A stretch of DNA of 64,000 nucleotides from Armatimonadota bacterium (lineage in GTDB: Bacteria > Armatimonadota > SYMT01), in NCBI GenBank assembly GCA_046292385.1, contig JBKBRF010000009.1:64001-128000 (forward strand), given 5' to 3'. Every line of letters begins with the position of its first letter. Within the stretch, counting starts at the first letter, position 1. Both the position numbers and the translations under genes were made by a program. This document shows, one piece after another, positions 19,973 through 28,918 of this stretch. The notes under the pieces were generated by a model. That model was given only the letters and a program-made list of their open reading frames with translations, was not told the origin of the DNA and did no database searches.

Positions 19973-20660
19973 ATGACCCATCGTGAGCAGATCCTGACTC
20001 TCCTCGGCCGCTCCCGAGCCGCGCTGTGCGACGCCTGCATTCGCCGCGAGACCGGGATCAACCCCCACCAGGCCGTCAACCAGGTGGCGAACCGGCTGGC
20101 ACAATCGGGAGCTACGACGCGGACCACCACCACCTGCTTCGGCTGCAGTAAGTGGGTGAAGTGCAGCGCGCTCTCCGACCTTCGCCGCTCCGGGCCCGCA
20201 GCCGTCCCGGCACGGCGGCACCGTCGAAACGGCGAGTCCAGCGAGTGCGATCCCAGCCGCCGATCCGGAGCGGCCGTGGTTCTGGGAGGGCAACGTTCAG
20301 GCAGTGGTGGTCCAGTGGCTGCAGGAGCAGGGCTGGCAGGTGATCCAGGCGGCCGACACGGCGGCGCGGACGCCGGGCGTGGATATCATCGCCCGTCGCC
20401 CGCCGGAGAAGGAGCTCTGGATAACGGTGAAGGGCCATCCGGAGCGGAGCCGTTACGTTCAAGCGCGGCATTGGTTCGCCGGGGCGGTTTTCGATCTCGT
20501 GAGCTACCGCAACCAGGGCGCCGAGCGTTACCTGGCGCTGGCCCTCCCGGATGGGTACACCACGTACTCCGCGTTGGCCGTGAAGTCCGGCTGGCTGAAG
20601 AAGACGATGCCGTTCACGATCCTCTGGGTGAGCGAGAACGGCCGGGTACGGAGCGAGTGA
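19973..20660 (+). pseudogene. Frameshifted Cys-rich winged-helix + PD-(D/E)xK-like nuclease gene (pseudogene or sequence error)
   Basis: The frame from 19973 gives CDAC...PHQAVNQVANRL...CFGC. A second frame gives RPWFWEGNVQAVVVQWL..GVDIIA..LWITVKG..QARHWF to the stop at 20660, and has no start between its TGA at 20157 and GTG 20304, although conserved-looking sequence begins before 20304. Confidence 0.6.
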
Positions 20661-20724
20661 GACCTTCCGACCGTGAGCACGCAAGTGAGCACTCGTGGTC
20701 CAATTCAGGAAGAAGAATGGACTT

Positions 20725-20775
20725 AGCCCGCGCAGGCGGGCTTTGCTGTCTGTAGCCTCGACTTCAGTCCGAGGC
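20725..20775. repeat. REP-like element, GTAG family (copy 1)
   Basis: AGCCCGCGCAGGCGGGCT hairpin, then TGTAG and hairpin CCTCGACT-TC-AGTCCGAGG; homologous to copies at 25015 and 25733. Confidence 0.75.
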
Positions 20776-20798
20776 GCCGCCGCGGTATTCCCCAGCCG

Positions 20799-22073
20799 CT
20801 ACGCCAGGCAGCCCTCGATCGCGTCGGCGGCGGTGCGGACGCCGTCTTCCGCGCGGACGATCCGCCCGACCTCCTCGGCCTTTCGGGCGTAGGCGGGGTC
20901 GGTGAGGAGGCGCTCCAGGCGCTCTGCCGCCGCCCCGGCGCGGTAGCGGGCGCGCGCCAGGCCCAGCCCCACGCCGAGGCGGGTGATGCGGGCGGCGTGG
21001 TCCGGCTGGTCGTGCGCGAACGGGACCACCAGCATGGGGCGGCCGCTGCGGAGGGCCTGGCCGGTAGTGCCGACCCCTCCCTGGTGGACCACCGCGCAGG
21101 CGCGCGGGAAGACAAGCCCGTGCGGCGCGTACTCCACCGCCAGCACGCCGGGCGGCAGCGGGTGCGGGAGCCGGTTCCACTCCGCCTTGCCGGCGAGGAG
21201 CAGCGCCCGCCGGCCGAGGCGCTGCGCCGCCGCCACGCTCTCGACGTAGAAGTCGTCGCCGATCAGCACCGCGGATGAGCCGAGGGTGAAGACGATCGGC
21301 GGCTCGCCCGCGGCGAGGAACGCCTCCACCTCTTCCGGCAGCCGCGCCGCATCGCCGGCTGGGTCGTAGAACGGGAAGCCGGTCACCTGCAGGTGCTCCG
21401 GCCAGTCCGGCTGCGGCGCCGCCAGCACCCGGGAGAAGAGCGCTAGGTTGAGGTATGGGGAGAACTGACCCTCGAAGGCGGGATTGCCGCGGGAGGGGAG
21501 CCCCAGCTCGTCCCGCAGCCGATCCACGGGCGCCACCCAGCGGCGGACCCGCGCTTTGGCCACCCGCATCAGGGCTGCATTGACCCGTGGGCCGAAGCGG
21601 TAGAGGGCCACCGCCCAGGGGTCGCCCGGCGGCACCGGCGGGTCGTAGGCAGACATCAGAAGCATCGGCTGGAGCAGCGTGGCAGCCCAGCGCAGGCGCA
21701 GCTTCTCCGCCACGAGCGGCGTGGCGTAGGTGATCGGGTGGGAGACGACGAAGTCGGCGCCGGCGCAGATCCGCAGGAGATCCTCGTACTGGTCCCGCAG
21801 GTGCGGCATCAGCATCTCCCGGATCACCACCGCGCTGCCGCTCCGCGCGTCCATTGCGCGGCGGATCACCTCGCGCGTCTCCTCCATTGGGCGCGCTTCC
21901 GGCCGGATCGGGTGGAAAACGAGGCCGGCCGCCTCCACCGGCTCTCGATGGTACTCGGTCGTCGCGATCTCGGCGCGATGCCCCCGCGCCTGCAGCTCGC
22001 GGCCGATCGCGACGTAGGGGAAGAGATCGCCCAGGGAGCCGAAGGTGGTCAGGACGATCCGCCGGGACCTCAT
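20799..22073 (-). CDS. GT1/UDP-glycosyltransferase (RhlB/sterol glucosyltransferase-like)
   Basis: IVLTTFGSLGDLFP, PQPDWP, VFTLGS, VHQGGVGTT, VVPFAHDQPD. ATG 22073 overlaps the MutS-like stop (ATGA). Confidence 0.88.
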   Translation of the reverse strand: MRSRRIVLTTFGSLGDLFPYVAIGRELQARGHRAEIATTEYHREPVEAAGLVFHPIRPEARPMEETREVIRRAMDARSGSAVVIREMLMPHLRDQYEDLLRICAGADFVVSHPITYATPLVAEKLRLRWAATLLQPMLLMSAYDPPVPPGDPWAVALYRFGPRVNAALMRVAKARVRRWVAPVDRLRDELGLPSRGNPAFEGQFSPYLNLALFSRVLAAPQPDWPEHLQVTGFPFYDPAGDAARLPEEVEAFLAAGEPPIVFTLGSSAVLIGDDFYVESVAAAQRLGRRALLLAGKAEWNRLPHPLPPGVLAVEYAPHGLVFPRACAVVHQGGVGTTGQALRSGRPMLVVPFAHDQPDHAARITRLGVGLGLARARYRAGAAAERLERLLTDPAYARKAEEVGRIVRAEDGVRTAADAIEGCLA

Positions 22074-23887
22074 ACTTCCAGCCCCACCGCCCGCATCAGC
22101 GCCAGCGCGTTGCTCTTCTGGACCACGCCCGGGCGGAGCTGGTAGTCGAACGCCATTTTGCCGTCTTCCAGGTGGTCTTCCAGGTGGACGTTCGCCGCGC
22201 CGACCTCCGCGTCTTCGGCGATGCGGGCGAGCGCCAGGTCGTGGGTCGTCACGATCCCCACCGCACCCTTCCGCACCAGCGCGCGCACCACCGCCTCGGC
22301 GCCGATCCGGCGGTCGTGGGAGTTGGTGCCGTGCAGGATCTCGTCGAGCAGGAAGAGCAGCGGCCGCTCGCGGTCCGTCAGTTCCACGATCTGCCGCAGC
22401 CGCGTGATCTCCGCGTAGAAGCGGGAGACGCCGGAGTGGAGCGAGTCCTGCACGATGATCGAGGCGCCGATGTTCATCACGCCGACCCGCAGCCGGGCGG
22501 CCCGCACCGGCGCCCCGGCGAGAGCGAGCACCGTGTTGGTGCCGACCGTCCGCATCAGCGTGCTCTTGCCGGACATGTTGGAGCCGCTCACCAGCAGCAG
22601 GCGGAGGTCGCCGCCGATCCGGACGTCGTTCGGCACCGCGCCCTCCTCGGGCAGCAGCGGGTGGGCGAGCGAGTCGCCTTCGAAAAGCGCCGCGTCGTCC
22701 AGCACCTCCGGGAACGGATGCTCCGGGTGCTCGTAGGCGTAGGTCGCCAGCGCGCAGAGCGCCTCGCATTCCGCGGCGATCTCCAGCCAGCGCGGGAGCA
22801 GCGGACCGTTCTCCACCCGCCACTCCTCGATCAGGAAGGCGTACTGGAACCGCCAGAGGAGCAGGATGCCGAGCAGCGCGAAGACCCCGTTCTGCTGCGC
22901 CTGCAGCATCCCGACCAGCCGCTCCAGCCGGGCCAGCCGGGCGGAGGGCGGGGCCCCGCCCGCTTCCAGCCCCTCGCGGAGGCTCCGCAGCAGCGGCGAT
23001 TCGAAGCGCTCCGCCTCCAGCAGGCGCAGCACGCGGGAGAAGAGCGCCAGGTCGCGGTCGGCCTGGTCGACGCTGCGCACCGCCCGACCGACCTCCGCCG
23101 CCCACCGCTGCACCCAGAGCTGCTGGACCGCCACGATCCCGATCAGCGGCAGCGGACCGTACCCGGCCACCCAGACCCCCACCGCGCCCAGTGCCGCCAG
23201 GGAGAAGAGCGCTCCCGCCACACGCAGGCCGGTCCCGGGCAGCGGAAGGGCGGCCGGGCTTTTCGCCCACGCGGTCAGCGCGCCGACGTCGACCCGCGAC
23301 CGCAGCGCCGTCCCGAGCACCTCCAGCTCTTCCCGCAGGTCCGGCCGGGCGCGGAGGTCGGCGACCGCTTCCTGCCGGGCGCGGACGGTCGCCGCGTCGG
23401 CGGGCCCGGAGAGCCACTCGGCCAGCTTCGCCTCCCCCATCGGCGTGCGGGCGGTGCAGAGCAGCTCGAAGAGCGAGCCGGAGCCGAAGATGTCGAGATC
23501 GGCCGAGTACGGGTGCAGCGGATCGCGGTAGGCGTCGCCGGAAACCCCCTTCCCGCGCCACTCCCCGTTCAGCCGCTGCATCCCCGCCTCGTAGAAGCGG
23601 ACCGACGCCTGCGCCCGGTGCGTGTGCGAGCGGACTCCTTCGTGCACCAGCACCAGCCCGATGAAGACCGCCACCGGCACCAGCAGCACCAGCGGCGAGA
23701 GCCAGCCGAACCCGAGCGCGGCGACCGCCAGCAGCAGCCCGGCGCCGATGGTCAGCAGCCGGAGGTCGCCCAGCCTCCGCTCGCGCCGGGAGAGCTCCTC
23801 CAGCTCCTGTCGCCGTGCCGTCAGCCGGCGCTCGTATTCCGCCCGAACCCCGGCGCTGCTCCCCGGCACGCTCGCGCTGCTATTCAA
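22070..23887 (-). CDS. Membrane-associated MutS-related protein (domain V ATPase, no mismatch-binding domain)
   Basis: HPYSADLDIFG, SGSNMSGKSTLMR, SRFYAEITRL, LDEILHGTNSHDR, TTHDLAL, FDYQLRPG; N-terminal and central TM segments. Confidence 0.88.
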   Translation of the reverse strand: MNSSASVPGSSAGVRAEYERRLTARRQELEELSRRERRLGDLRLLTIGAGLLLAVAALGFGWLSPLVLLVPVAVFIGLVLVHEGVRSHTHRAQASVRFYEAGMQRLNGEWRGKGVSGDAYRDPLHPYSADLDIFGSGSLFELLCTARTPMGEAKLAEWLSGPADAATVRARQEAVADLRARPDLREELEVLGTALRSRVDVGALTAWAKSPAALPLPGTGLRVAGALFSLAALGAVGVWVAGYGPLPLIGIVAVQQLWVQRWAAEVGRAVRSVDQADRDLALFSRVLRLLEAERFESPLLRSLREGLEAGGAPPSARLARLERLVGMLQAQQNGVFALLGILLLWRFQYAFLIEEWRVENGPLLPRWLEIAAECEALCALATYAYEHPEHPFPEVLDDAALFEGDSLAHPLLPEEGAVPNDVRIGGDLRLLLVSGSNMSGKSTLMRTVGTNTVLALAGAPVRAARLRVGVMNIGASIIVQDSLHSGVSRFYAEITRLRQIVELTDRERPLLFLLDEILHGTNSHDRRIGAEAVVRALVRKGAVGIVTTHDLALARIAEDAEVGAANVHLEDHLEDGKMAFDYQLRPGVVQKSNALALMRAVGLEV

Positions 23888-23959
23888 GCGATCCTCCTCC
23901 GGCGGGCGCCGTTTGACTGCCGCTCACCAGAGGTACACCTGTCCAGCAAAGGAGCGACC

Positions 23960-24910
23960 GTGAAGCGACTGAAGCTGGTTCTACACGTGGGTCTGGTGAT
24001 TGGACTGGTGGTCGCCGCGACCAAATACCTGAACGGAGGCGAGGTCTGGAGCGCGATCCACCGGTTCCGGTGGGAGCTCACGCCGGTCATCCTCGCCGGC
24101 ACGCTCCTCTATTTTGGTCTCAAGGCGGCGAGGTTCGCCTACCTGGTTCGCCGGGTCGAGCCGGTCTCACCCACGCTTCTGGTCGTCGCCTACCTGGCCG
24201 GCCAGGCGTACACCGCGCTCCCGGCCGGCGCGGCGGCCCGCTCCGGGCTGCTGAAGCAGGCCGGCGTGCCGATCGCGGGGACCGCCCCCGCGGTGCTCGT
24301 GGGCAGCGCCGGCGACGGGGTGGCGCTGTTCACCTGCTCGCTGCTCTCCGCACTCTGGTTCCCCGCTTTCCGCGGCACCGCGCTCTGGGTCCTGGGCGGC
24401 CTGGTGCTGGTCTGCACGCTGCTCGGCGTGGAGGCGGTGCGCTCCTGGCTCGCAGACCTGGCGGCGAACGTGGCGGACCGCTTCAACGTTCGGGAACGCT
24501 GGGAGCACTTCGTCGAGGCGCTTCAGCAGTCGATCGCGCCGAAGCCGCTGCTCGTTTCCCTCGGAAACGGCTTCATTTCGGTCGGGATCCTGATTGTGGT
24601 ACTGCACTTCTCCGTCCACGGCGTCGGCGGCGACGTGCCGGAGCTCACGCTGCTGCTGGCGGTGGCGCTCCCGTCGATGCTCGCGCGCCTTTCCGCGGTG
24701 CCCGCCGGAATCGGGGTGACGGAAGCGGGAATGGTCGCCATCCTAGACGGCGCCCCGGGCATAACGCTCCCCACCGCCGCCGCCGCGGTGACGATCTTCC
24801 GCGTCGGCACCATCGTCTTCGAGATCGCCCTCGGCGTCGCGATCTACTTCCTCCTCTGGCGCCCCCTCTGTCGCCGAGAACTGCACCAAAACCGCGCGCG
24901 GGCGACCTGA
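23960..24910 (+). CDS. Lysylphosphatidylglycerol synthase TM / flippase-like (UPF0104) membrane protein
   Basis: AAGGAG RBS then GTG 23960; about 8 TM segments; PAGIGVTEAGMV and IFR motifs. Confidence 0.8.
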   Translation: MKRLKLVLHVGLVIGLVVAATKYLNGGEVWSAIHRFRWELTPVILAGTLLYFGLKAARFAYLVRRVEPVSPTLLVVAYLAGQAYTALPAGAAARSGLLKQAGVPIAGTAPAVLVGSAGDGVALFTCSLLSALWFPAFRGTALWVLGGLVLVCTLLGVEAVRSWLADLAANVADRFNVRERWEHFVEALQQSIAPKPLLVSLGNGFISVGILIVVLHFSVHGVGGDVPELTLLLAVALPSMLARLSAVPAGIGVTEAGMVAILDGAPGITLPTAAAAVTIFRVGTIVFEIALGVAIYFLLWRPLCRRELHQNRARAT

Positions 24911-25014
24911 AGCGCCATTCCGAACGAACGCGGAGTCGCGAAGACTTTGAAGGACGCGAAGGGAACCTGAGCGGGACAGGCGACGCCCCACGAGGGCGGG
25001 GTTCGGGAGTTCGA

Positions 25015-25085
25015 AGGCGGGCTTCGCTCCCTGTAGCGCCGAATTTACGCGCGCGGACCGGCGGCAGTCGGTAAATCCCGCGCTA
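25015..25085. repeat. REP-like element, GTAG family (copy 2, with inverted partner)
   Basis: AGGCGGGCTTCGCTCCCTGTAGCGCCGAATTTAC ... GTAAATCCCGCGCTA (imperfect inverted pair). Confidence 0.7.
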
Positions 25086-25200
25086 AGTCACTCACCAGCC
25101 GGCACCCCTGTCCGGAACCATCACGCCCGCCGACCGTTCTGATGATTGGCTGCGCGAACGTGGACGGACGCAGCCTGAGGCTTCGGCGGAAGGGAGACAG

Positions 25201-25662
25201 ATGGCGGAAAACACAGGCCGTCCCGTGCAGCAGTGCCCGCTCTGCGTGCCGCCGCCTCCGCCGACGTGCCCCGCCTGCGGCAGCACCCGGGTTGCCTCGG
25301 CAGTGCCCAGCGGCACGCAAGGGGACCAGCCGGTCGTCGCCATCGCCGGGCTCCAGATCGACTTCTGGAAGCTGATCCGCTCCTATCCGAAGCTGACGCT
25401 GCGGGAGGGCCTGAAGGTCTGCGTGCACTGCGGCCTCGCGTGGAGCAGCGTAGACGTCCACGAGGCGAGAAAGCAGATCCGGACCTACGGAACCGAGGAG
25501 CTGAAGGCGCTCACGCTGGATGCCGGCGATACGCTCCCTCGTCCCACACTGATGCCGCAGGACGAGGGAGCGGACCTCCCGCGACCGGCAGTGGCTCCCG
25601 GAGAGGAGTCCAGGCGCCTCCCGCTCCCGTCCCGGCGGAAGCAGCGCCCGAAGAAGCACTGA
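25201..25662 (+). CDS. Small Zn-ribbon-like hypothetical protein
   Basis: AAGGGAG RBS; CPLC, CPACG and CVHCG motifs; proline-rich basic tail. Confidence 0.6.
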   Translation: MAENTGRPVQQCPLCVPPPPPTCPACGSTRVASAVPSGTQGDQPVVAIAGLQIDFWKLIRSYPKLTLREGLKVCVHCGLAWSSVDVHEARKQIRTYGTEELKALTLDAGDTLPRPTLMPQDEGADLPRPAVAPGEESRRLPLPSRRKQRPKKH

Positions 25663-25732
25663 TCCAGTAGCCGAGTTATGCCGGCACCAGTTCTGCTCGC
25701 GCGAGTGTACGGCTGTCGATTCGGTGAGTCTG

Positions 25733-25784
25733 AGCCCGCGCAGGCGGGCTTCGCTTTATGTAGCGCCGAGTTTACTCGCGCGCG
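25733..25784. repeat. REP-like element, GTAG family (copy 3)
   Basis: AGCCCGCGCAGGCGGGCTTCGCTTTATGTAGCGCCGAGTTTACTCGCGCGCG between convergent genes. Confidence 0.75.
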
Positions 25785-25798
25785 ATCTACGCCCCGAT

Positions 25799-27019
25799 CT
25801 ACCTCCGCTCCGTAGAGACCACCTGCCCGTCGATGACGACCGTCGTCACGTGGGTGGTGTACTCGAACGGGTCGCCGTCGAAGAGCGCCAGGTCGGCGTC
25901 TTTCCCCGCCTCCAGGGAGCCGACGCGATCCGAGATGCCGAGGATGCGGGCAGGGGCGCTGGTGATCGACGCCAGCGCGTCCTCCGGCGAGAGGCCGTTG
26001 GCCGCGGCGAGCGCCGCTTCGAAGAGCACCACGCGGGTCTTCGGCACGTAGCCCTCGTAGCCGCTCTGCAGCGCGAACGGGATGCCGGCCTTCCGCAGGG
26101 CTGCCGCCGTCTCGAAGCTCGCGTTCTCCGCGTCGCCGTCCGGCCGGGCCATGGGGGCGTGGAGGATCACCGGCATGCCCGCGGCTTTGAGCTGATCCAG
26201 GACCAGGTACGCCTCCGAAGCGCCGTCGAGCACGATCTTGAGGCCGAACTCTTCTGCGATGCGGAGCGCGGTGAGGATGTCGTGCGAGCGGTGCGCCGTC
26301 ACCAGCAGCGGCGTCTCCCCCGTGAGCGCGCCGGCCAGCGCCTCCAGCCGCAGGTCGCGGGGCGGCTTCCTGCCTTCCTCCGCCGCGGCCTGCTTCTCGG
26401 CGTAGTCCTTCGCCTTCAACAGCTCCGCGCGGAGCATCGCCGCCGCCTTGGAGCGGGTGCCGGGCGACCTCCCCGCTTCCAGGCCGCCGGTGCCCAGGGT
26501 GACCGCGATCATGCCGGACGGCTTCAGGACGGCGCGGTCCGCGGCGACCTCGACCGTCTTCACCACCATCGTCTGCCCCGGCATCAGCGCGCCCGGCGCG
26601 GGACCGGTGTGGAGCGTGGTGACCCCGAAGCCGCGGAGCCAGCCGACCAGCGTCTCGCGGGAATTGTAGGCGTCGATCGCCCGCAGCTCCGGCTGGATCG
26701 GCGCGGAGCTCTCGAGCTGGTCCTGCTCCTGCGCCTGGTTGGTGTACCCGGCGAGGCCGACCACCGTGCGGGCGTCGATCAGGCCAGGCGTGACGATCTT
26801 CGCGGTGAGGGTGCGGTAGCCGTCCGGCACCCGCACCTCGGAGGCCGGCCCGACCCGCTCGATCTTGCCGTCCCGTACGAGCACGACGCCGTCCCGAATC
26901 GGAGCGCCGGCCATCGTGTAGACCGTCTCGCCGCGGATGGCGAGCGGGGCCGGTCCCTGGGCCAGGGCTGGGAGCGCCGACGAGAGCAGGAGCAGGCCGC
27001 AGAAGTGACGGCGGTTCAT
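25799..27019 (-). CDS. Amidohydrolase-family protein with degenerate metal site
   Basis: PGLIDART (HxH absent), GSLEAGKDADLALFDGDP; N-terminal NRRHF twin-arginine-like signal. Confidence 0.85.
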   Translation of the reverse strand: MNRRHFCGLLLLSSALPALAQGPAPLAIRGETVYTMAGAPIRDGVVLVRDGKIERVGPASEVRVPDGYRTLTAKIVTPGLIDARTVVGLAGYTNQAQEQDQLESSAPIQPELRAIDAYNSRETLVGWLRGFGVTTLHTGPAPGALMPGQTMVVKTVEVAADRAVLKPSGMIAVTLGTGGLEAGRSPGTRSKAAAMLRAELLKAKDYAEKQAAAEEGRKPPRDLRLEALAGALTGETPLLVTAHRSHDILTALRIAEEFGLKIVLDGASEAYLVLDQLKAAGMPVILHAPMARPDGDAENASFETAAALRKAGIPFALQSGYEGYVPKTRVVLFEAALAAANGLSPEDALASITSAPARILGISDRVGSLEAGKDADLALFDGDPFEYTTHVTTVVIDGQVVSTERR

Positions 27020-28341
27020 CGGGCTTCCTCGAGGTCGAAGCAGTCGAGATGGAGGTGCTGGTCCCGCGAGGCGCCGTAGCCGCCCACCGCGAAGAGGCGG
27101 TCGGCCGGGTCCGCGCGGTCGAACACCTTCTTGCCTTCCACGTAGGTCTGGAGCACCTGCGTGTAGACGCTGAGCGGGTCGCCGGAGAGGACGACGAAGT
27201 CGGCGTCCTTCCCCTCCTTCAGCGAGCCGATCCGGTCCTGCAGGTCGAGCATCCTCGCGCCCGCCATCGTGAGGCCGTAGAGCGCCTTCTCACGCGACAT
27301 CCCGGCGCGGACCGAGAGCGCGGCCGAGCGCAGGAAGAGGCGGGAGTCGGTGATTGCGTCGTCCGTGTGGAAGCCGGTCAGTACCCCCGCCTTCTCCAGC
27401 TCGGCGCCGTTCTTGAGCGTCAGGTTAATCGCTTCCAGCTTGCCGCCGGGGCTGTCGATCACGATGATCGAGGCCGGCACGCCCGCCGCCGCGATCTCCG
27501 GGGCCACCCGCCAGCCTTCGGTGACGTGCTGCAGCACCACGCGGAAGCCGAACTCCTTCGCCAGGCGGAGTACGGTCAGGATGTCGTCGTGGCGGTGCGT
27601 GTGGAAGTGGACCACCCGCTTGCCGTCCAGCACCTCCGCCAGCGCCTCCAGCGCCAGGTCGCGCGTTGGCAGCTTCTGCGGGTCGCCCGCCGCCTCCGCC
27701 ACCTTCTTCCGGTACTCCTGCGCCCGGATGAGCTGCGCGCGCACCAGGGCGGCCGACTTCGCCCGCGTGCCGGGGAACGGCGCCGAGCGGATCGAATTGG
27801 TGCCGTTCGCCATCTTGATCCCGCCGGCGATGCCGCCGTCCGGGAGCCGGATCAGGAGGTCGTCGACCGTCTCTCCCCGCCGCGCCTTCAGGTAGAGGGT
27901 CTGGCCGCTCAGCAGGTGCCCGGAGCCGGGCATCACGTTCAGGGTGGTGATGCCTCCCGCCTGCACCCGCCGGAAGCCGGAATCGCGCGCGTTTAGCGAG
28001 TCGAGGATACGCACGTCCGGCTGGATCGGCGAGGAGCTGTCGCCGCCGGAGCCGCCGCCCACGTGGCTGTGCGTATCGACCAGCCCGGGCATGATCGTCT
28101 TGCCGGAGAGGTCGTGCCGCTGCGCGCCGTCGGGGATACGGACCGCGTCCCGCGTGCCCACGGCGAAGATCCGGTCGCCCCGCACCAGGAGCACGCCGTC
28201 CGGAATCTCCGGCCCGTCGATCGGAATGATCCGCGCGCCGACGTAGGCGTGGACCGGCGGATTCGGATCAGGGGCAGAGCGGGCGCCGCCGCCGGCGATG
28301 AGGGCGAGCACGAGAATGAGGGGGGCAAGCAGGCGGCGCAT
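27016..28341 (-). CDS. Secreted metal-dependent amidohydrolase (imidazolonepropionase-like fold)
   Basis: PGLVDTHSH, KMANGTN, HTHRHDD, QHVTEG, HTDD, GSLKEGKDADFVVLSGDP. Confidence 0.88.
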   Translation of the reverse strand: MRRLLAPLILVLALIAGGGARSAPDPNPPVHAYVGARIIPIDGPEIPDGVLLVRGDRIFAVGTRDAVRIPDGAQRHDLSGKTIMPGLVDTHSHVGGGSGGDSSSPIQPDVRILDSLNARDSGFRRVQAGGITTLNVMPGSGHLLSGQTLYLKARRGETVDDLLIRLPDGGIAGGIKMANGTNSIRSAPFPGTRAKSAALVRAQLIRAQEYRKKVAEAAGDPQKLPTRDLALEALAEVLDGKRVVHFHTHRHDDILTVLRLAKEFGFRVVLQHVTEGWRVAPEIAAAGVPASIIVIDSPGGKLEAINLTLKNGAELEKAGVLTGFHTDDAITDSRLFLRSAALSVRAGMSREKALYGLTMAGARMLDLQDRIGSLKEGKDADFVVLSGDPLSVYTQVLQTYVEGKKVFDRADPADRLFAVGGYGASRDQHLHLDCFDLEEAR

Positions 28342-28504
28342 GAGGATCTCCGGACCGGGAAGGGGTCCCGGGGAAGATTCCCGACCCTGGCCGGCAGCTC
28401 CTCCTCGCCGGCCGGGATCGCCTCCGCGGCGCCGGCAGTGATCAATCCGGTGCGCCGCGCGTAGAATGCAGAGGCGACTGACACCTGACTGGAGAGGAAG
28501 ATCG

Positions 28505-28819
28505 ATGCTGAAGTTGACGCGACTCGGGGGCGTGCTGGGAGTGACGGGGCTGCTGCTGGTGGCGGGCTGCAGCGGAAGCGGAGCCGGAGCGGGAGCCGCC
28601 GCGGACGCGGAACAGGCGGAGCCGTTGAAGGAAGGCCAGATCTACTGCGCGGTGATGACCTCCGGCGTGGTCGATATCATGAAGGCGACCGAAACGAAGA
28701 TGTATGCGGACCACGAAGGCAACCGCTACTACTTCTGCTGCGCCGGCTGCCCGGACGAGTTCAAGGCCGACCCCGCCAAGTTCGCCCAGAACGCCCACCT
28801 GCCGATTCCGAAGGAGTAA
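28505..28819 (+). CDS. YHS-domain lipoprotein
   Basis: Lipobox LVAGC; CAVM...HEGNRYYFCCAGCPDEFKADPAKF; GAGGA RBS. Confidence 0.82.
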   Translation: MLKLTRLGGVLGVTGLLLVAGCSGSGAGAGAAADAEQAEPLKEGQIYCAVMTSGVVDIMKATETKMYADHEGNRYYFCCAGCPDEFKADPAKFAQNAHLPIPKE

Positions 28820-28848
28820 ACCGGCCGCGAAGAGGCGGGCGGCTTCGG

Positions 28849-28878
28849 TTGACCGTCGGTTCGGCGTTGTGGTACCCT
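28849..28878 (+). promoter_or_regulatory. Putative sigma70 promoter of efp
   Basis: TTGACC (28849-54), 18-bp spacer, TGnTACCCT extended -10 (hexamer 28873-78), 40 nt upstream of the efp ATG. Confidence 0.55.
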
Positions 28879-28918
28879 TACACGGTTTGCAATCTGGCGA
28901 ACAGAGGTTTGACTCCGG

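Noticed and set aside
20799..23561. Apparent 920-aa fusion ORF (and similar 5' extensions at 21854-24910, 55792-58944, 58747-61419)
   Set aside because: The N-terminal parts are off-frame overlaps of neighbouring genes; real starts with an RBS or gene-overlap coupling lie downstream.
22070..23887. Calling this gene mutS or mutS2
   Set aside because: No mismatch-binding or Smr domain, and TM segments are present; gene symbol withheld.
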